Shown here: positions 35,986 through 45,441 of the stretch, piece by piece | Numbering within the stretch: position 1 is the stretch's first letter | How the letters are laid out: the number at the start of each line of letters is the position of its first letter | Position numbers and translations under genes: made by a program | The notes under the pieces: generated by a model | The model's input: the letters and a program-made list of their open reading frames with translations, nothing else | Told to the model about the DNA's origin: nothing | The model's database searches: none | NCBI GenBank assembly: GCA_017960885.1 | Contig: JAGCYI010000176.1 | Coordinates: forward strand, 27,047-91,046 | Direction of reading: 5' to 3' | Length of the DNA stretch: 64,000 nt | Source: Bacteroidales bacterium | Lineage (GTDB): Bacteria > Bacteroidota > Bacteroidia > Bacteroidales > UBA3824

Positions 35986-38509
35986 AGAACGGATATCCGA
36001 TTCCTAAACAGAATGCCCAGTTGGTTTTGCGGAGCATAAATTTACGGTCGTCTTTTACAAGCCATCTGCTGCCTTCGGCTACTGACGGGTCGTGGAGTTT
36101 GAGACCAAAATCGGAGCGGAAGATAAAGAAGTCGAAATCGAGCCTTAGACCCAATCCTGTGCCAACCGCTATCTCTTTGTAAAAGCGTTTGAAATCAAAG
36201 TCGCCACCAGTACGGCGGTCGTCGGCATTGATGCTCCAGATGTTGCCCGCGTCTACAAACCATGCTCCTTCTATCACCCAGAACACTTTGAAACGGTATT
36301 CAAGGTTTGCTTCGAGTTTCATGTCGGAGGTCATATTTGGGAATTGTTTCTGCATTTCGGTTTCGGCATCCTGTTTTACAGAGTAACAGCCAGGTCCTAC
36401 GCTCCTTATCTGCCAGGCTCTCAAACTGTTGGCGCCACCTGAAAAATATTGCTCGGTAAACGGCATCGACGTGCTGTTGCCGTACGGGAGACCTACACCC
36501 AAATAGCCTCGTATCGCCATTGTGGTGGTTTCGGAGGTTTTGAGGTAATGCCTGTAGTCGATGTCGGTTTTAATAAACTGCGCGTACATTGTGTTCACCA
36601 GCGGTACTGTGTATGCGCCTTCGTCGTTTTTCTCTGTTTTAAATTTCTTGTTGGCAAGTTGCAAAAGGTTGCCTGCCCAGCTGATATTGAGTTTCAGGTA
36701 GTCGTAGTTTCGTTTGCCGCTGCTTTGATTGTTGAATGTGATGCTGTATGTGCTGCCAAGGATAAAATGGTCTTGGTAAGAGTCTTTGATATAGAGTTTT
36801 TCGAGCCAGCGCATAAAAGTGCTGTCGGTTTTGGAAATATGTATCGAGCTCAGACGCAACGGTGTGAATGTGTGCGTGTAATAATTGCCCACCTGCCACT
36901 GGTAATATAGGTTGGCGTTTACCATTGATCGGGTATAGTCGGGACGGGAACGGTAGTTGATACCAGCCGAAAAGTATGTTCGCGGAGTGTTGTCGCGGAA
37001 ATAATCGCGCAAAAACTTGAATAACAACAGACGGGGGAAATATAGCCTTGCCTCCAGACCGTATTCTTGGGTGTTGAGGTTGAGTTTGAGCTGCTCTTTG
37101 CTGAGGTTGTTCTGGCTTTCGAGCGCCACCGACACTTTCATGTCGAAGGTTTCCGCACCGTGAAAAATGTTTTTGTGCTGGTATGTGAGCGACGATGCCG
37201 CACCGAGGTTTCCCGACGAGTTGGTGCCGCCGATTTCAAAAATATACGCCTGCAACATATTGTTAGTGAGGTATATATTGCAGTTGAGCGAATCTCGGGC
37301 AGGAGCGGGGGTAAACTCTATGTTTACCATCTTGTACATGTTGAACGCCGAAAGGTGACGGTATGTGTTGGTGACGTCGTTTTGCCGATAGAGGTTGCCA
37401 GGACGCACAAACACCTCGTTTGCTACCACGTCGGGTTTAACATCCCTTCCTCCGTGACTTACAAAATATATCGGGCTACCTTTGAAATTGTGCAAAGTGG
37501 TGTCGGTGTCGTTGTAATAATCATCGCCATCGGTGAGGGCTTGCTTACCGTTGTGGTTTGGAAATACTGCCACCTGAGAAATGTATGAGCGACGGTGGTC
37601 GATGGCGCGGCCGTTATCGAGTATTATAGGCTCGATGGTGACAATAAGGTCTGCTTTGTGGTCTTTGCCAATGGTGTCGATTTGGTAAGTGATGTAGTTT
37701 TTGGCAAACGAATAGTAGCCATTGTTTTTGAGATTGGCTGTAATGCGTTCGGATTCAGCGCGAAGCACATCGGCGTCGAGGTTGTTGCCTAATGAAAACA
37801 GCCGCGACGACGTGTCGGCAAGGACATATTTGCGCAGGGTGTCTTCTTGAATGTTGTACGATACGTTGTCGATGGTGATTGGAGTGCCGGCGGTGATTTT
37901 GTATGTGACTTCGGTGTTGCGGCGCTTGGTTTTTTCGGAGTATTCAACTTTGGCATCGTAAAAGCCCTTGTTGCACATATAAAGCCGTATCTGCTCAGCC
38001 GATTTTGCCGACATTACAGGATTGTACTTAACTGGCTCTTCGCCAATATTTTGTATAAAGATAGGAAAGCAAAACTTCTTTGTTTTTTCAGAATATCCCT
38101 TGTCGCGTAGACGCTTAGATTTTTCGGTGTATTTGTTGTACTTGCGGCTGTCTTTTGGATATAAACGGGCGCGAGTTCTCAGTTTTGATATTTTGTTTTC
38201 GTGCTCTATTCTTAACAAATCATTTTTTTCGTCGATTTTTTTTTGTATTTTTGCCCTGCGTTCGTTGTTTTTCACGGGGTCTACACTGTTGTAAACACGG
38301 GCGTGAATAGCTATGCCGAATACCGACCGCACAGGTTTCTGGCGGATATACTCTTCGGTTTCTGAAACATCAATCTGCTTGGTGTCGCATTCTACCGACA
38401 TTTTTATGAGCAGAGTTTCGTCTTCGGCGAAATATTTTTTTGGGCTGCAACCGTTTAGCACAATTGTTGCAGCGGTAATGATAGTTAAATATTTGATTGA
38501 GATACTCAT
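35984..38509 (-). CDS. BamA/TamA-family outer-membrane beta-barrel protein (surface antigen D15 type)
   Basis: An 841-aa protein with a lipoprotein-like signal (VLNGCSP), POTRA-like N-terminal repeats, FSGGANSLRAW and a terminal GIGYPF aromatic beta-signal. Confidence 0.75.
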   Translation of the reverse strand: MSISIKYLTIITAATIVLNGCSPKKYFAEDETLLIKMSVECDTKQIDVSETEEYIRQKPVRSVFGIAIHARVYNSVDPVKNNERRAKIQKKIDEKNDLLRIEHENKISKLRTRARLYPKDSRKYNKYTEKSKRLRDKGYSEKTKKFCFPIFIQNIGEEPVKYNPVMSAKSAEQIRLYMCNKGFYDAKVEYSEKTKRRNTEVTYKITAGTPITIDNVSYNIQEDTLRKYVLADTSSRLFSLGNNLDADVLRAESERITANLKNNGYYSFAKNYITYQIDTIGKDHKADLIVTIEPIILDNGRAIDHRRSYISQVAVFPNHNGKQALTDGDDYYNDTDTTLHNFKGSPIYFVSHGGRDVKPDVVANEVFVRPGNLYRQNDVTNTYRHLSAFNMYKMVNIEFTPAPARDSLNCNIYLTNNMLQAYIFEIGGTNSSGNLGAASSLTYQHKNIFHGAETFDMKVSVALESQNNLSKEQLKLNLNTQEYGLEARLYFPRLLLFKFLRDYFRDNTPRTYFSAGINYRSRPDYTRSMVNANLYYQWQVGNYYTHTFTPLRLSSIHISKTDSTFMRWLEKLYIKDSYQDHFILGSTYSITFNNQSSGKRNYDYLKLNISWAGNLLQLANKKFKTEKNDEGAYTVPLVNTMYAQFIKTDIDYRHYLKTSETTTMAIRGYLGVGLPYGNSTSMPFTEQYFSGGANSLRAWQIRSVGPGCYSVKQDAETEMQKQFPNMTSDMKLEANLEYRFKVFWVIEGAWFVDAGNIWSINADDRRTGGDFDFKRFYKEIAVGTGLGLRLDFDFFIFRSDFGLKLHDPSVAEGSRWLVKDDRKFMLRKTNWAFCLGIGYPF

Positions 38510-38556
38510 AGCGGCAAAAATACTGCTTTTTTAAATACAGTGCAAAAATATTAAAT

Positions 38557-39339
38557 ATGCTTAGCAAAAACAGAATAAAGCAGATTAATTCTCTGCAAAT
38601 TAAAAAATATCGTCAAGAATCTGGCACATTTGTGGCTGAGGGCACTAAAGTGGTGCTTGAATTATTGCGCTCCGATATGCGTATTAAAGAAATTTTTGCA
38701 GTGCCCGAATGGATTCTTTCGTATGCCGACCGTTTTAAAAACACTATTATCACTGCTGTAAACGCAGTGGAGATACGCAAATTGTCGGCAATGACCACTG
38801 CCTGCAGCGTGGTGGCGGAGGTTTATATTCCCAAACCTACTTCTAAGCCCGACATTCGCAAGGGCGAACTCTATCTTGCATTGGATGGCGTGCGCGACCC
38901 GGGCAATTTGGGCACTATACTCCGAATAGCCAACTGGTATGGCATACGTACTGTTTTAGCGTCGAATGATTGCACCGATATGTTTAATCCCAAAGTGGTG
39001 CAAGCCGCTATGGGTTCGGCTTTTAGGGTGAGGGTCGATTATTGCGACTTGCCTCAGACGCTATCTGATGCCCGTAGCAAGGGAGTTGATGTGTTTGGTA
39101 CTTTTATGGACGGCGAGAGCATTTACAGCACCGACCTTTCGAATGGAGGCGTTATTGTGATGGGCAACGAAGGTCACGGTATTTCAAACGAGGTAACAGC
39201 GGCAATTTCGCGGCGAATTGCCATACCTTGCGGCTGCGATTCTGACTCGGCTCCCGAAAGTCTCAACGTTTCGTCGGCTACGGCGATCGTTTGCAACGAA
39301 TTTTACCGTATTTTAAACCGAAAAAAAATAGCCTTGTAA
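38557..39339 (+). CDS. TrmH/SpoU-family RNA 2'-O-methyltransferase
   Basis: LALDGVRDPGNLGTILRIANWYG, MGNEGHGIS and SLNVSSATAI are the SPOUT motifs. Confidence 0.85.
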   Translation: MLSKNRIKQINSLQIKKYRQESGTFVAEGTKVVLELLRSDMRIKEIFAVPEWILSYADRFKNTIITAVNAVEIRKLSAMTTACSVVAEVYIPKPTSKPDIRKGELYLALDGVRDPGNLGTILRIANWYGIRTVLASNDCTDMFNPKVVQAAMGSAFRVRVDYCDLPQTLSDARSKGVDVFGTFMDGESIYSTDLSNGGVIVMGNEGHGISNEVTAAISRRIAIPCGCDSDSAPESLNVSSATAIVCNEFYRILNRKKIAL

Positions 39340-39465
39340 GTAGTTGATTATGAATGAAAAATAATTTTTTTTGAAAAAACTTTCAAAAAAATTGCAACAT
39401 ATTCAAATTTAAACCGTACATTTGCACAGAGATTGTTTAGAGGTAGTAGATTAGTTAATAGTTAG

Positions 39466-39507
39466 TTTTTTTTTTGAAGCGGGACACCAAGCTCCCGCTT
39501 TTTTTAT
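39466..39507. terminator. bidirectional rho-independent terminator
   Basis: In tttttttttt-gaagcggga-caccaagc-tcccgctt-ttttt, the stem is flanked by T and A runs on both strands. It lies between convergent genes. Confidence 0.7.
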
Positions 39508-40205
39508 ATCACACTTTTTCCACTAAAGTTTTTGAGATTGAGCGAATCGATGTCGATATGGCATCCGAGCAGGTTGCACTCGTTGAGAGTTTCGGCAATG
39601 GTGCTCAGTATCGGCACGTCTAATGGCATGAGCAAAGTGAAAATGCATCCCTTGCGACAAAACTTCACCGTGGTGACAGTGTGGTGGCGGTCGTCTTGAA
39701 ATGCGAACTCTTTCTTTATGATCTCTTTTTGCAATGGCGAAAACTCTTCTTTTGATTCCGACCTTACTGTGGCTTTGAATTTGATTTTGCCGTCAACGCT
39801 GCCAAAAGGAGATAGTATATAAATCTTAACTTCGCCTGTGAGGTCGTATTCCACGTTGCCTTTGCACTCGTTGCGGGCTATTGCGGGCCAGAAATCGTAA
39901 AGTCCCTGGTGTTTTTTTGCGTATTCGGTTAGAAAGCGCAACGCCTCAATGCTTCCAATGTCGGCCATATCAGAGAGCGCGGTTTTCACCTTGTCGTCGT
40001 TGTCGTTGTGGTTTAGTATTAATGCGTTGGCCTCAAACGATTTGCAGTTGTTGCCAGTCTGCCTGCGTCTTTGCGAAAATTCGGTGTAGTCTATCTGCTC
40101 CTCCAACGGGATTCGCTCGGTAACAAACTCCACCGGGCGTGCGTAGTCTATGCCGTATTCTTTTTTGAGGTAATCGCGAAACGAGTCTGTCTTGTTGAGA
40201 AGCAT
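39504..40205 (-). CDS. hypothetical protein (233 aa, no recognised domain)
   Basis: The reading frame is open and lies downstream of the histidine kinase on the same strand. No motif was recognised. Confidence 0.5.
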   Translation of the reverse strand: MLLNKTDSFRDYLKKEYGIDYARPVEFVTERIPLEEQIDYTEFSQRRRQTGNNCKSFEANALILNHNDNDDKVKTALSDMADIGSIEALRFLTEYAKKHQGLYDFWPAIARNECKGNVEYDLTGEVKIYILSPFGSVDGKIKFKATVRSESKEEFSPLQKEIIKKEFAFQDDRHHTVTTVKFCRKGCIFTLLMPLDVPILSTIAETLNECNLLGCHIDIDSLNLKNFSGKSVI

Positions 40206-40274
40206 AATAATTACAAATTATAAATGGTTAATAGCCAGTTAGTTTATGCGTTAGGGCATTAAACATATGCAGCG

Positions 40275-42248
40275 TTAATTATCCTTAGGCTGGGTGTTGT
40301 AACCAATAGCAAAGTGAAACAACGAGCCTTTCTGAGGTTCAGATTCGATAATTATGGTGCTACCAAGCATTTTTATATAGCTGTTGCATATAGATAATCC
40401 AACGCCTACGCCACCATGTTGACGTTCAAGAGTTTTCTCGTCTTGTAGAAACGAAGTGAATATTTTCGACTGCATCTCTTTCCTTATACCGATTCCTGTG
40501 TCGCGGACAAAAAATTCAAGGGCGTTGTCTTTGCCAATGTATTTGTATCCAAACGAAACTTCGCCTTTTTCGGTGAATTTCAATCCGTTGTCTACGAGGG
40601 TCGACATAATACGGTGTATTTTTGTTCTGTCGGTGTAGATGTAAGAGGCAAACTTGTCGAGGCCCTTTTGAGGAATGAGAGCAAGTCCTTTGGTGTCAGC
40701 CTTGTTTTTGTATATGTCGAGCAGGTCGTCGATGAGGTCGTTGAGGCAGAACGATGTGTTTGATACCTTAACCTGGCGTGTTTCAATCTTAGAAAGCTCA
40801 ACAATAGAGTTTACAATGTTTACAAGGTTTTTAGCAGCCTTGCAGATAGTGTCGGCATATTTAAACTGCTTTGGTGTGAGTTCTCCCGAACGGCAGAGCA
40901 GGTCGCTGAATCCCGCTATGCTGTTGAGAGGAGTGCGTATTTCGTGACTTATGTTGCCAAGGAAAGCTGTTTTGAGCTTTTCGTTCTGTTCTGCTATCTC
41001 TTTGGCTTTGATAAGTTCTCTTTTGTAGTGGTAGTCTTTGATTTCGCGGTGCATAAGTGGTGCGGCGTAGTCGGCAAGGCTTCTGACAAAATCTTTGCTT
41101 TTTTGGTCGTAGCCTTGCGGCGAGTCGGCAAGTCCTATGAGTCCTACTAATTCGTCTTCGTTGAGGATAGGGGTTATGAGCACATATTTGTGACCGTTGA
41201 TATTCTCCATCGACACCTGGTCTTTGGATTTGAGCGACTCTAATCCCGCCGGGAAATAATTCATGTTGGCTACGAACTCGCCTTCGTCGTTGGTGAGGGC
41301 ATAATTGGCGTTTTGGTCGTTAACTGCCAACACCTTTATATTAGCATCGTCCATAGGATATCCAATAAAGCCGCATGGACTTTGGGTATTGTGCTGCACA
41401 AGGTCGATTATCGCTTTGTATACGTCAGTGTCGCCGCCGAGAGCAAAGGCCTTTGATACTTCGTTTTTTACAAACAGGTCGTTGCGCTGTTCTATCTCGG
41501 CTTTGATGTCGTTGAATACAGCTGCGGCGTAGCCTATGCGAGGTGAAAACATTTTTACTTCCAAGTGCCTGTGTGTCTGCGGATTTTCAAAAACCTCTTT
41601 CATCGCGCGACCGTGAAGGGCTATCCTGTCGAGCTTAGATGCAATACTTTGGTTGATGGCAGGAAGAATCCGCGATAACGGACGTCCTATTATGTTGTCG
41701 CGCTCCACGTCGAAATACATCTCAAATGTGGAGTTGATGTCGATAATTTCAAAATCTGAAGTCCCGTCGTAGTTTTCGGTTTTCTTAAGGAACAGGAACC
41801 CCGAGGTCATGTTCTCAAACAGCATCTTGAAGTTGTTGTTGTCGAGGTCGCTGTCGGGCGAGAGGGGATTTGTGATTTCGGTGAACTGTAGTATAAGCCC
41901 CGTGAACATTCTGGCACACTTTATTCTATATGTGGTGCCTCTGATTCCGCACAGAAATTCTGCCACTTTGTTGCCTTCGAGGGCGCTTTGTATCCTGTTT
42001 TTAAAGGTGTTTTCTGCAAGTTCGGGAAACACATCGAACAGCAAAGGGTTTGCCTTGCCGTTCTTATAGTGCGAGGTTATTATAGAAGCGCTGTGGTTGC
42101 GGTTGATAATTTGAAAATCGTCGCCACACAGAAACACAGCATCGGCATGACTACCGAGCAGCCCCGACAATATCTCCATGCCGGCGTCTGTGGATAGTTT
42201 TTTCAGGCACCCGCAATCTCCGTCGTTATGTATCTCTGTTTTTTCCAT
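40275..42248 (-). CDS. cytoplasmic PAS/GAF sensor histidine kinase (no receiver domain, no adjacent response regulator)
   Basis: The HisKA H-box is FLGNISHEIRTPLNSI. HATPase motifs are DNGLKFT, DTGIGI and GGVGVGLSI. No TM segment is present. Confidence 0.85.
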   Translation of the reverse strand: MEKTEIHNDGDCGCLKKLSTDAGMEILSGLLGSHADAVFLCGDDFQIINRNHSASIITSHYKNGKANPLLFDVFPELAENTFKNRIQSALEGNKVAEFLCGIRGTTYRIKCARMFTGLILQFTEITNPLSPDSDLDNNNFKMLFENMTSGFLFLKKTENYDGTSDFEIIDINSTFEMYFDVERDNIIGRPLSRILPAINQSIASKLDRIALHGRAMKEVFENPQTHRHLEVKMFSPRIGYAAAVFNDIKAEIEQRNDLFVKNEVSKAFALGGDTDVYKAIIDLVQHNTQSPCGFIGYPMDDANIKVLAVNDQNANYALTNDEGEFVANMNYFPAGLESLKSKDQVSMENINGHKYVLITPILNEDELVGLIGLADSPQGYDQKSKDFVRSLADYAAPLMHREIKDYHYKRELIKAKEIAEQNEKLKTAFLGNISHEIRTPLNSIAGFSDLLCRSGELTPKQFKYADTICKAAKNLVNIVNSIVELSKIETRQVKVSNTSFCLNDLIDDLLDIYKNKADTKGLALIPQKGLDKFASYIYTDRTKIHRIMSTLVDNGLKFTEKGEVSFGYKYIGKDNALEFFVRDTGIGIRKEMQSKIFTSFLQDEKTLERQHGGVGVGLSICNSYIKMLGSTIIIESEPQKGSLFHFAIGYNTQPKDN

Positions 42249-42491
42249 ACATGCCGATTAAAGAATTTTTCACAACCAAATATATAAAAAAAATTTATTA
42301 CGTGTATCAAGTATTCTAAAAAAAAATAAAAATTTACAATTTGTTTACATCTATCTACAAGTGTTTTTTTTCGCAGTATTGGGCAGATTGGGCTCAGAGT
42401 ACAATCTTTGGAACGTTCTTTGTTAGTCAGATACAAAACACATTATTATTATATTAAAAACAGGAAAAAATAAGACAATTACTCGAAGATC

Positions 42492-44468
42492 ATGAAAAGG
42501 CTGATATTCTGTATAGTGGCTTTAACGATGTTGATGGTATCGTGCGGCGACGGACCTGAAGAATCCGTCGGCGGTGCCAATATTTATCGCGACGCCACAC
42601 TTCAGCGCATATATAATTGCCGTTTTACTGGTGGCTCGTCTGACTTGGTCAAATATATAAGTTCCGAACTTCCCGAATACCGCAAGGCTGCGGCGTATAC
42701 CATTGGCGCTATGCGCGACAGCCTCAATATGATGAGCGTGATGTCGCTCCTTAGCGACGAGGATTCTGGCGTGAGGCTTGCTGCCGTTAACGCATTAGGA
42801 CAAATCGGACACAGCGCCGCCAACGATAGACTAAGGACTCTTGTAACCTCCGACAACAACGAAGAGGTGCGCCAGGCCGCCCTTGTTGCGCTCGGATTGT
42901 GTGGCGGCGAAAACGAATTAAACTATGTATGCTCGTTTTCGTTCCTCCCGGCTCAGCCTCAAATGGCTTTGGCTCAGGTGAAATCGCTGTGTATGTTTCA
43001 GCAGTCGGGCGTGCAGCGTCCGCAGGCGCTTGCCAAGGCTGCCGAGATTCTTGCCGACCGCAAAGCCGACGGTCATATCAAGAGCGTGGCTGCTCAGTTT
43101 TTCGCTCTGTACAACGACGACCTTACTCCTTATACCGATATGTTGGCAACAGCATACAAAAATGCCGACTTGGTTTCGGTGCAGACCAATATTGCTCGCG
43201 CTCTGCGCAACTGCACCAACGAACGCGCTCAGTATCTTTTGCAACGCATTATCACCCAGGATACTTGCGACTATCGTGTAAGAATAGCTGCAATAGAGTC
43301 TTGCAATAGTTTTAAGTATTCTAATTTTAAGGATGAGATGGTGAATCTTGCCTACAGCACCGACGGACGTATAGCTGCAAAGGCTGCCGAGTTTATTCTT
43401 GCGAAAGGTATTAAGGCCGACACGCTGCTTTATTGTGAGATGGCCGACAAAGTGCCCAGCTGGAAATCGCGTGCAGTGATGAGGGGCGCGGTGCTTAAGT
43501 ATTCTCGTGATATTAAGGCTCTTACCGATGCTATTGTGGAGGGTATCGGGGTTACCAATAATATTTGTGAGCGTGAAGCCCTCACTTTGGCTTTGGGTTC
43601 AAGTATTCAGGGTTTTAGGTTTGTGGAGTACCAGATACTGTATTCAGAAAACAGGATAACCCGTATGTCGGCGCTCAAGGCGTTGATTTATATGTTTGAA
43701 CAGCCTGGATTTGATGCCGCAAGCCGCAAGACTGTAAAAGAGGGCAACGCGTCGCTTTATAAGGAGTTTTACGAGATATTCCGCAAAACCGTGGTAAGGG
43801 GTACTCCCGACCAGGCCGCTCTTGCCGCTAAGACTATAGCCGACAACTATGATAAGCTTCAGCTCTTTGTGGGCAACACATATTATCTCAATCAAGCCCT
43901 CAACAAGTGCAACCTGCCAGAAGACGAAAAGTATTACCGTATGATTTCGGCGGCAATAAAGGTTATCAACGGTCAGGAAATTGAATACAAGGGTCAGTCG
44001 ACTGCTGTGATGCCCGACTGGGAGTATATTTCGCGTATCCCGTCAGACCAGAAGGTGCGTATCACTACCACAAGGGGCGACATTGTGCTGCAACTTAAGG
44101 TAAACGAGGCTCCTGTTGCCGTTCAATATTTTCTTAAGCTTGTAGAAGCGGGATATTTTAACCAGACTACTCTTTACTTCCGTTCGCCCGACACTGTTGC
44201 CGATGACGGAAGTATTTCGGAATACGAGCAGACACGTGAGGTGGTGATTCCTTGCGAGCCTTATTTCGGCAGTGTTACCGAGGGAAGTGTAGCCCTTGTT
44301 CCAAACACCGATATGAATGTGTTTTCAAACAAGTGGTTTGTTTCGCTTACTCCCGACGCCGCCGGTAATAGTAGGTTGAGCGTGTTTGCATCGGTGGTTG
44401 AGGGTATCGACAACCTTCACGGCATTCAAGATGGCGATGTGGTTATCTCAGCAGAGAAACTGCATTAG
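42492..44468 (+). CDS. lipoprotein with HEAT-like repeats and a C-terminal divergent cyclophilin-type PPIase domain
   Basis: Lipobox LMVSCGDG. HEAT-like segments: EYRKAAAYTIGAMRD, DEDSGVRLAAVNALGQIG and EEVRQAALVALG. The C-terminus TTTRGDIVLQLKVNEAPVAVQYFLKLVEAGYF resembles the cyclophilin opening. Confidence 0.6.
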   Translation: MKRLIFCIVALTMLMVSCGDGPEESVGGANIYRDATLQRIYNCRFTGGSSDLVKYISSELPEYRKAAAYTIGAMRDSLNMMSVMSLLSDEDSGVRLAAVNALGQIGHSAANDRLRTLVTSDNNEEVRQAALVALGLCGGENELNYVCSFSFLPAQPQMALAQVKSLCMFQQSGVQRPQALAKAAEILADRKADGHIKSVAAQFFALYNDDLTPYTDMLATAYKNADLVSVQTNIARALRNCTNERAQYLLQRIITQDTCDYRVRIAAIESCNSFKYSNFKDEMVNLAYSTDGRIAAKAAEFILAKGIKADTLLYCEMADKVPSWKSRAVMRGAVLKYSRDIKALTDAIVEGIGVTNNICEREALTLALGSSIQGFRFVEYQILYSENRITRMSALKALIYMFEQPGFDAASRKTVKEGNASLYKEFYEIFRKTVVRGTPDQAALAAKTIADNYDKLQLFVGNTYYLNQALNKCNLPEDEKYYRMISAAIKVINGQEIEYKGQSTAVMPDWEYISRIPSDQKVRITTTRGDIVLQLKVNEAPVAVQYFLKLVEAGYFNQTTLYFRSPDTVADDGSISEYEQTREVVIPCEPYFGSVTEGSVALVPNTDMNVFSNKWFVSLTPDAAGNSRLSVFASVVEGIDNLHGIQDGDVVISAEKLH

Positions 44469-45094
44469 TTGAAGAAACGCTGCCAAGAGTAGAGGTTGTC
44501 GTCTTTGTGCCACATGTTGCATTCCCAACGTGATATTCGTTCTGCAACCTTGCTTTTAACTTTTTGGTTTGTGCCAGGTTTTGTGTAGTAGCACCAACGC
44601 ATAAACTCGCGGTCGGTGTCGCCGTTAAGAAGGATTTCTTTTCTAAGAGTGCTTTTTGTGAAAGCTCCGCAGCCTTTGCTGAAAATGAAGTGTGCAACAG
44701 CTAATTTGCGGCTTCCTTTGAGGTTGGTGAGTTTTTCGGCAGTGCGTATTGCGCGGTTAAAGTCGCGGCGAAGTAGGCTGTCGGCTGTCTCACGTGAAAT
44801 CTGGTGGGGGAAATGCTCGCCTTTTTGAATTATGTGTCCGTAACCGATTGTGAGTTTTCCTGCTGAGCAGCGGTAGGGGCGTCCGTTGGCAAATCCCTCG
44901 TGTTGTTTGATAAAGTCAATAACTTCTTCATAGTTTGACCTCCAACTTTGTTCGAGTGCGAGGTCGAGGTTAAAAGTATCGCTTGATGCCGGACGAATAT
45001 CAAGGTTTTCTGATTGTTCTGAAAGCAATGTATTGCCCGGGTTTGCAAATGTCAGGACTGCGATCACCGCGCCTGTCTTAAAAAGGTTATTCAT
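44465..45094 (-). CDS. secreted GH24 (T4-type) lysozyme
   Basis: A signal peptide MNNLFKTGAVIAVLTFA, and IKQHEGFANGRPYRCSAGKLTIGYGH, which aligns to the T4L E11...D20...T26 block. ATG 45094 is preferred over TTG 45124. Confidence 0.75.
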   Translation of the reverse strand: MNNLFKTGAVIAVLTFANPGNTLLSEQSENLDIRPASSDTFNLDLALEQSWRSNYEEVIDFIKQHEGFANGRPYRCSAGKLTIGYGHIIQKGEHFPHQISRETADSLLRRDFNRAIRTAEKLTNLKGSRKLAVAHFIFSKGCGAFTKSTLRKEILLNGDTDREFMRWCYYTKPGTNQKVKSKVAERISRWECNMWHKDDNLYSWQRFFN

Positions 45095-45252
45095 TGTATG
45101 GTTTGTTTTGTTAAGCGGGTGCAAAGTAACGGGGTTTTTGCCACCTGACCAAACAAAAGGCGTTAAACATTCGCAAAGTTTTGATTAAGACCATTATACA
45201 ATGCGTAATGCAAAATTTATAATTCATAGTACTTTTGGTAATGCAGAATTTT

Positions 45253-45297
45253 AATGCATAATTCATAATGCATAATTCATAATAAATAATTCATAAT
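45253..45297. repeat. ATGCAT-core repeat patch, ATAATGC orientation (left arm)
   Basis: aatgcataattcataatgcataattcataataaataattcataat has a roughly 14-bp period. Confidence 0.8.
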
Positions 45298-45344
45298 ATA
45301 CCCGTAAGGGCGTACCTTGTGTGCGTTACTTTTTTACACCCACA

Positions 45345-45384
45345 CACAAAAAATGTAGGGACGCGGCGCTCCACGTCCCTACAT
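45345..45384 (-). terminator. rho-independent terminator of the nusB-DUF1573-yajC operon
   Basis: A perfect 11-bp stem (atgtagggacg/cgtccctacat) with a 10-nt loop. On the minus strand it is followed by TTTTTTGTGTG. Confidence 0.8.
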
Positions 45385-45407
45385 TTGGTAAAATATCATT
45401 CTTGTTG

Positions 45408-45441
45408 ATTATGCATTATGCATTAAGCATTATGCATTAAT
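45408..45441. repeat. ATGCAT-core repeat patch, GCATTAT orientation (right arm)
   Basis: attatgcattatgcattaagcattatgcattaa abuts the yajC stop codon. Its reverse complement matches the left arm at about 28 of 31 positions. Confidence 0.8.

Noticed and set aside
44465-45094. Prophage remnant around the GH24 lysozyme
   Set aside because: No integrase, holin, terminase or structural genes lie on either side. The neighbours are a HEAT-cyclophilin lipoprotein and the yajC operon.
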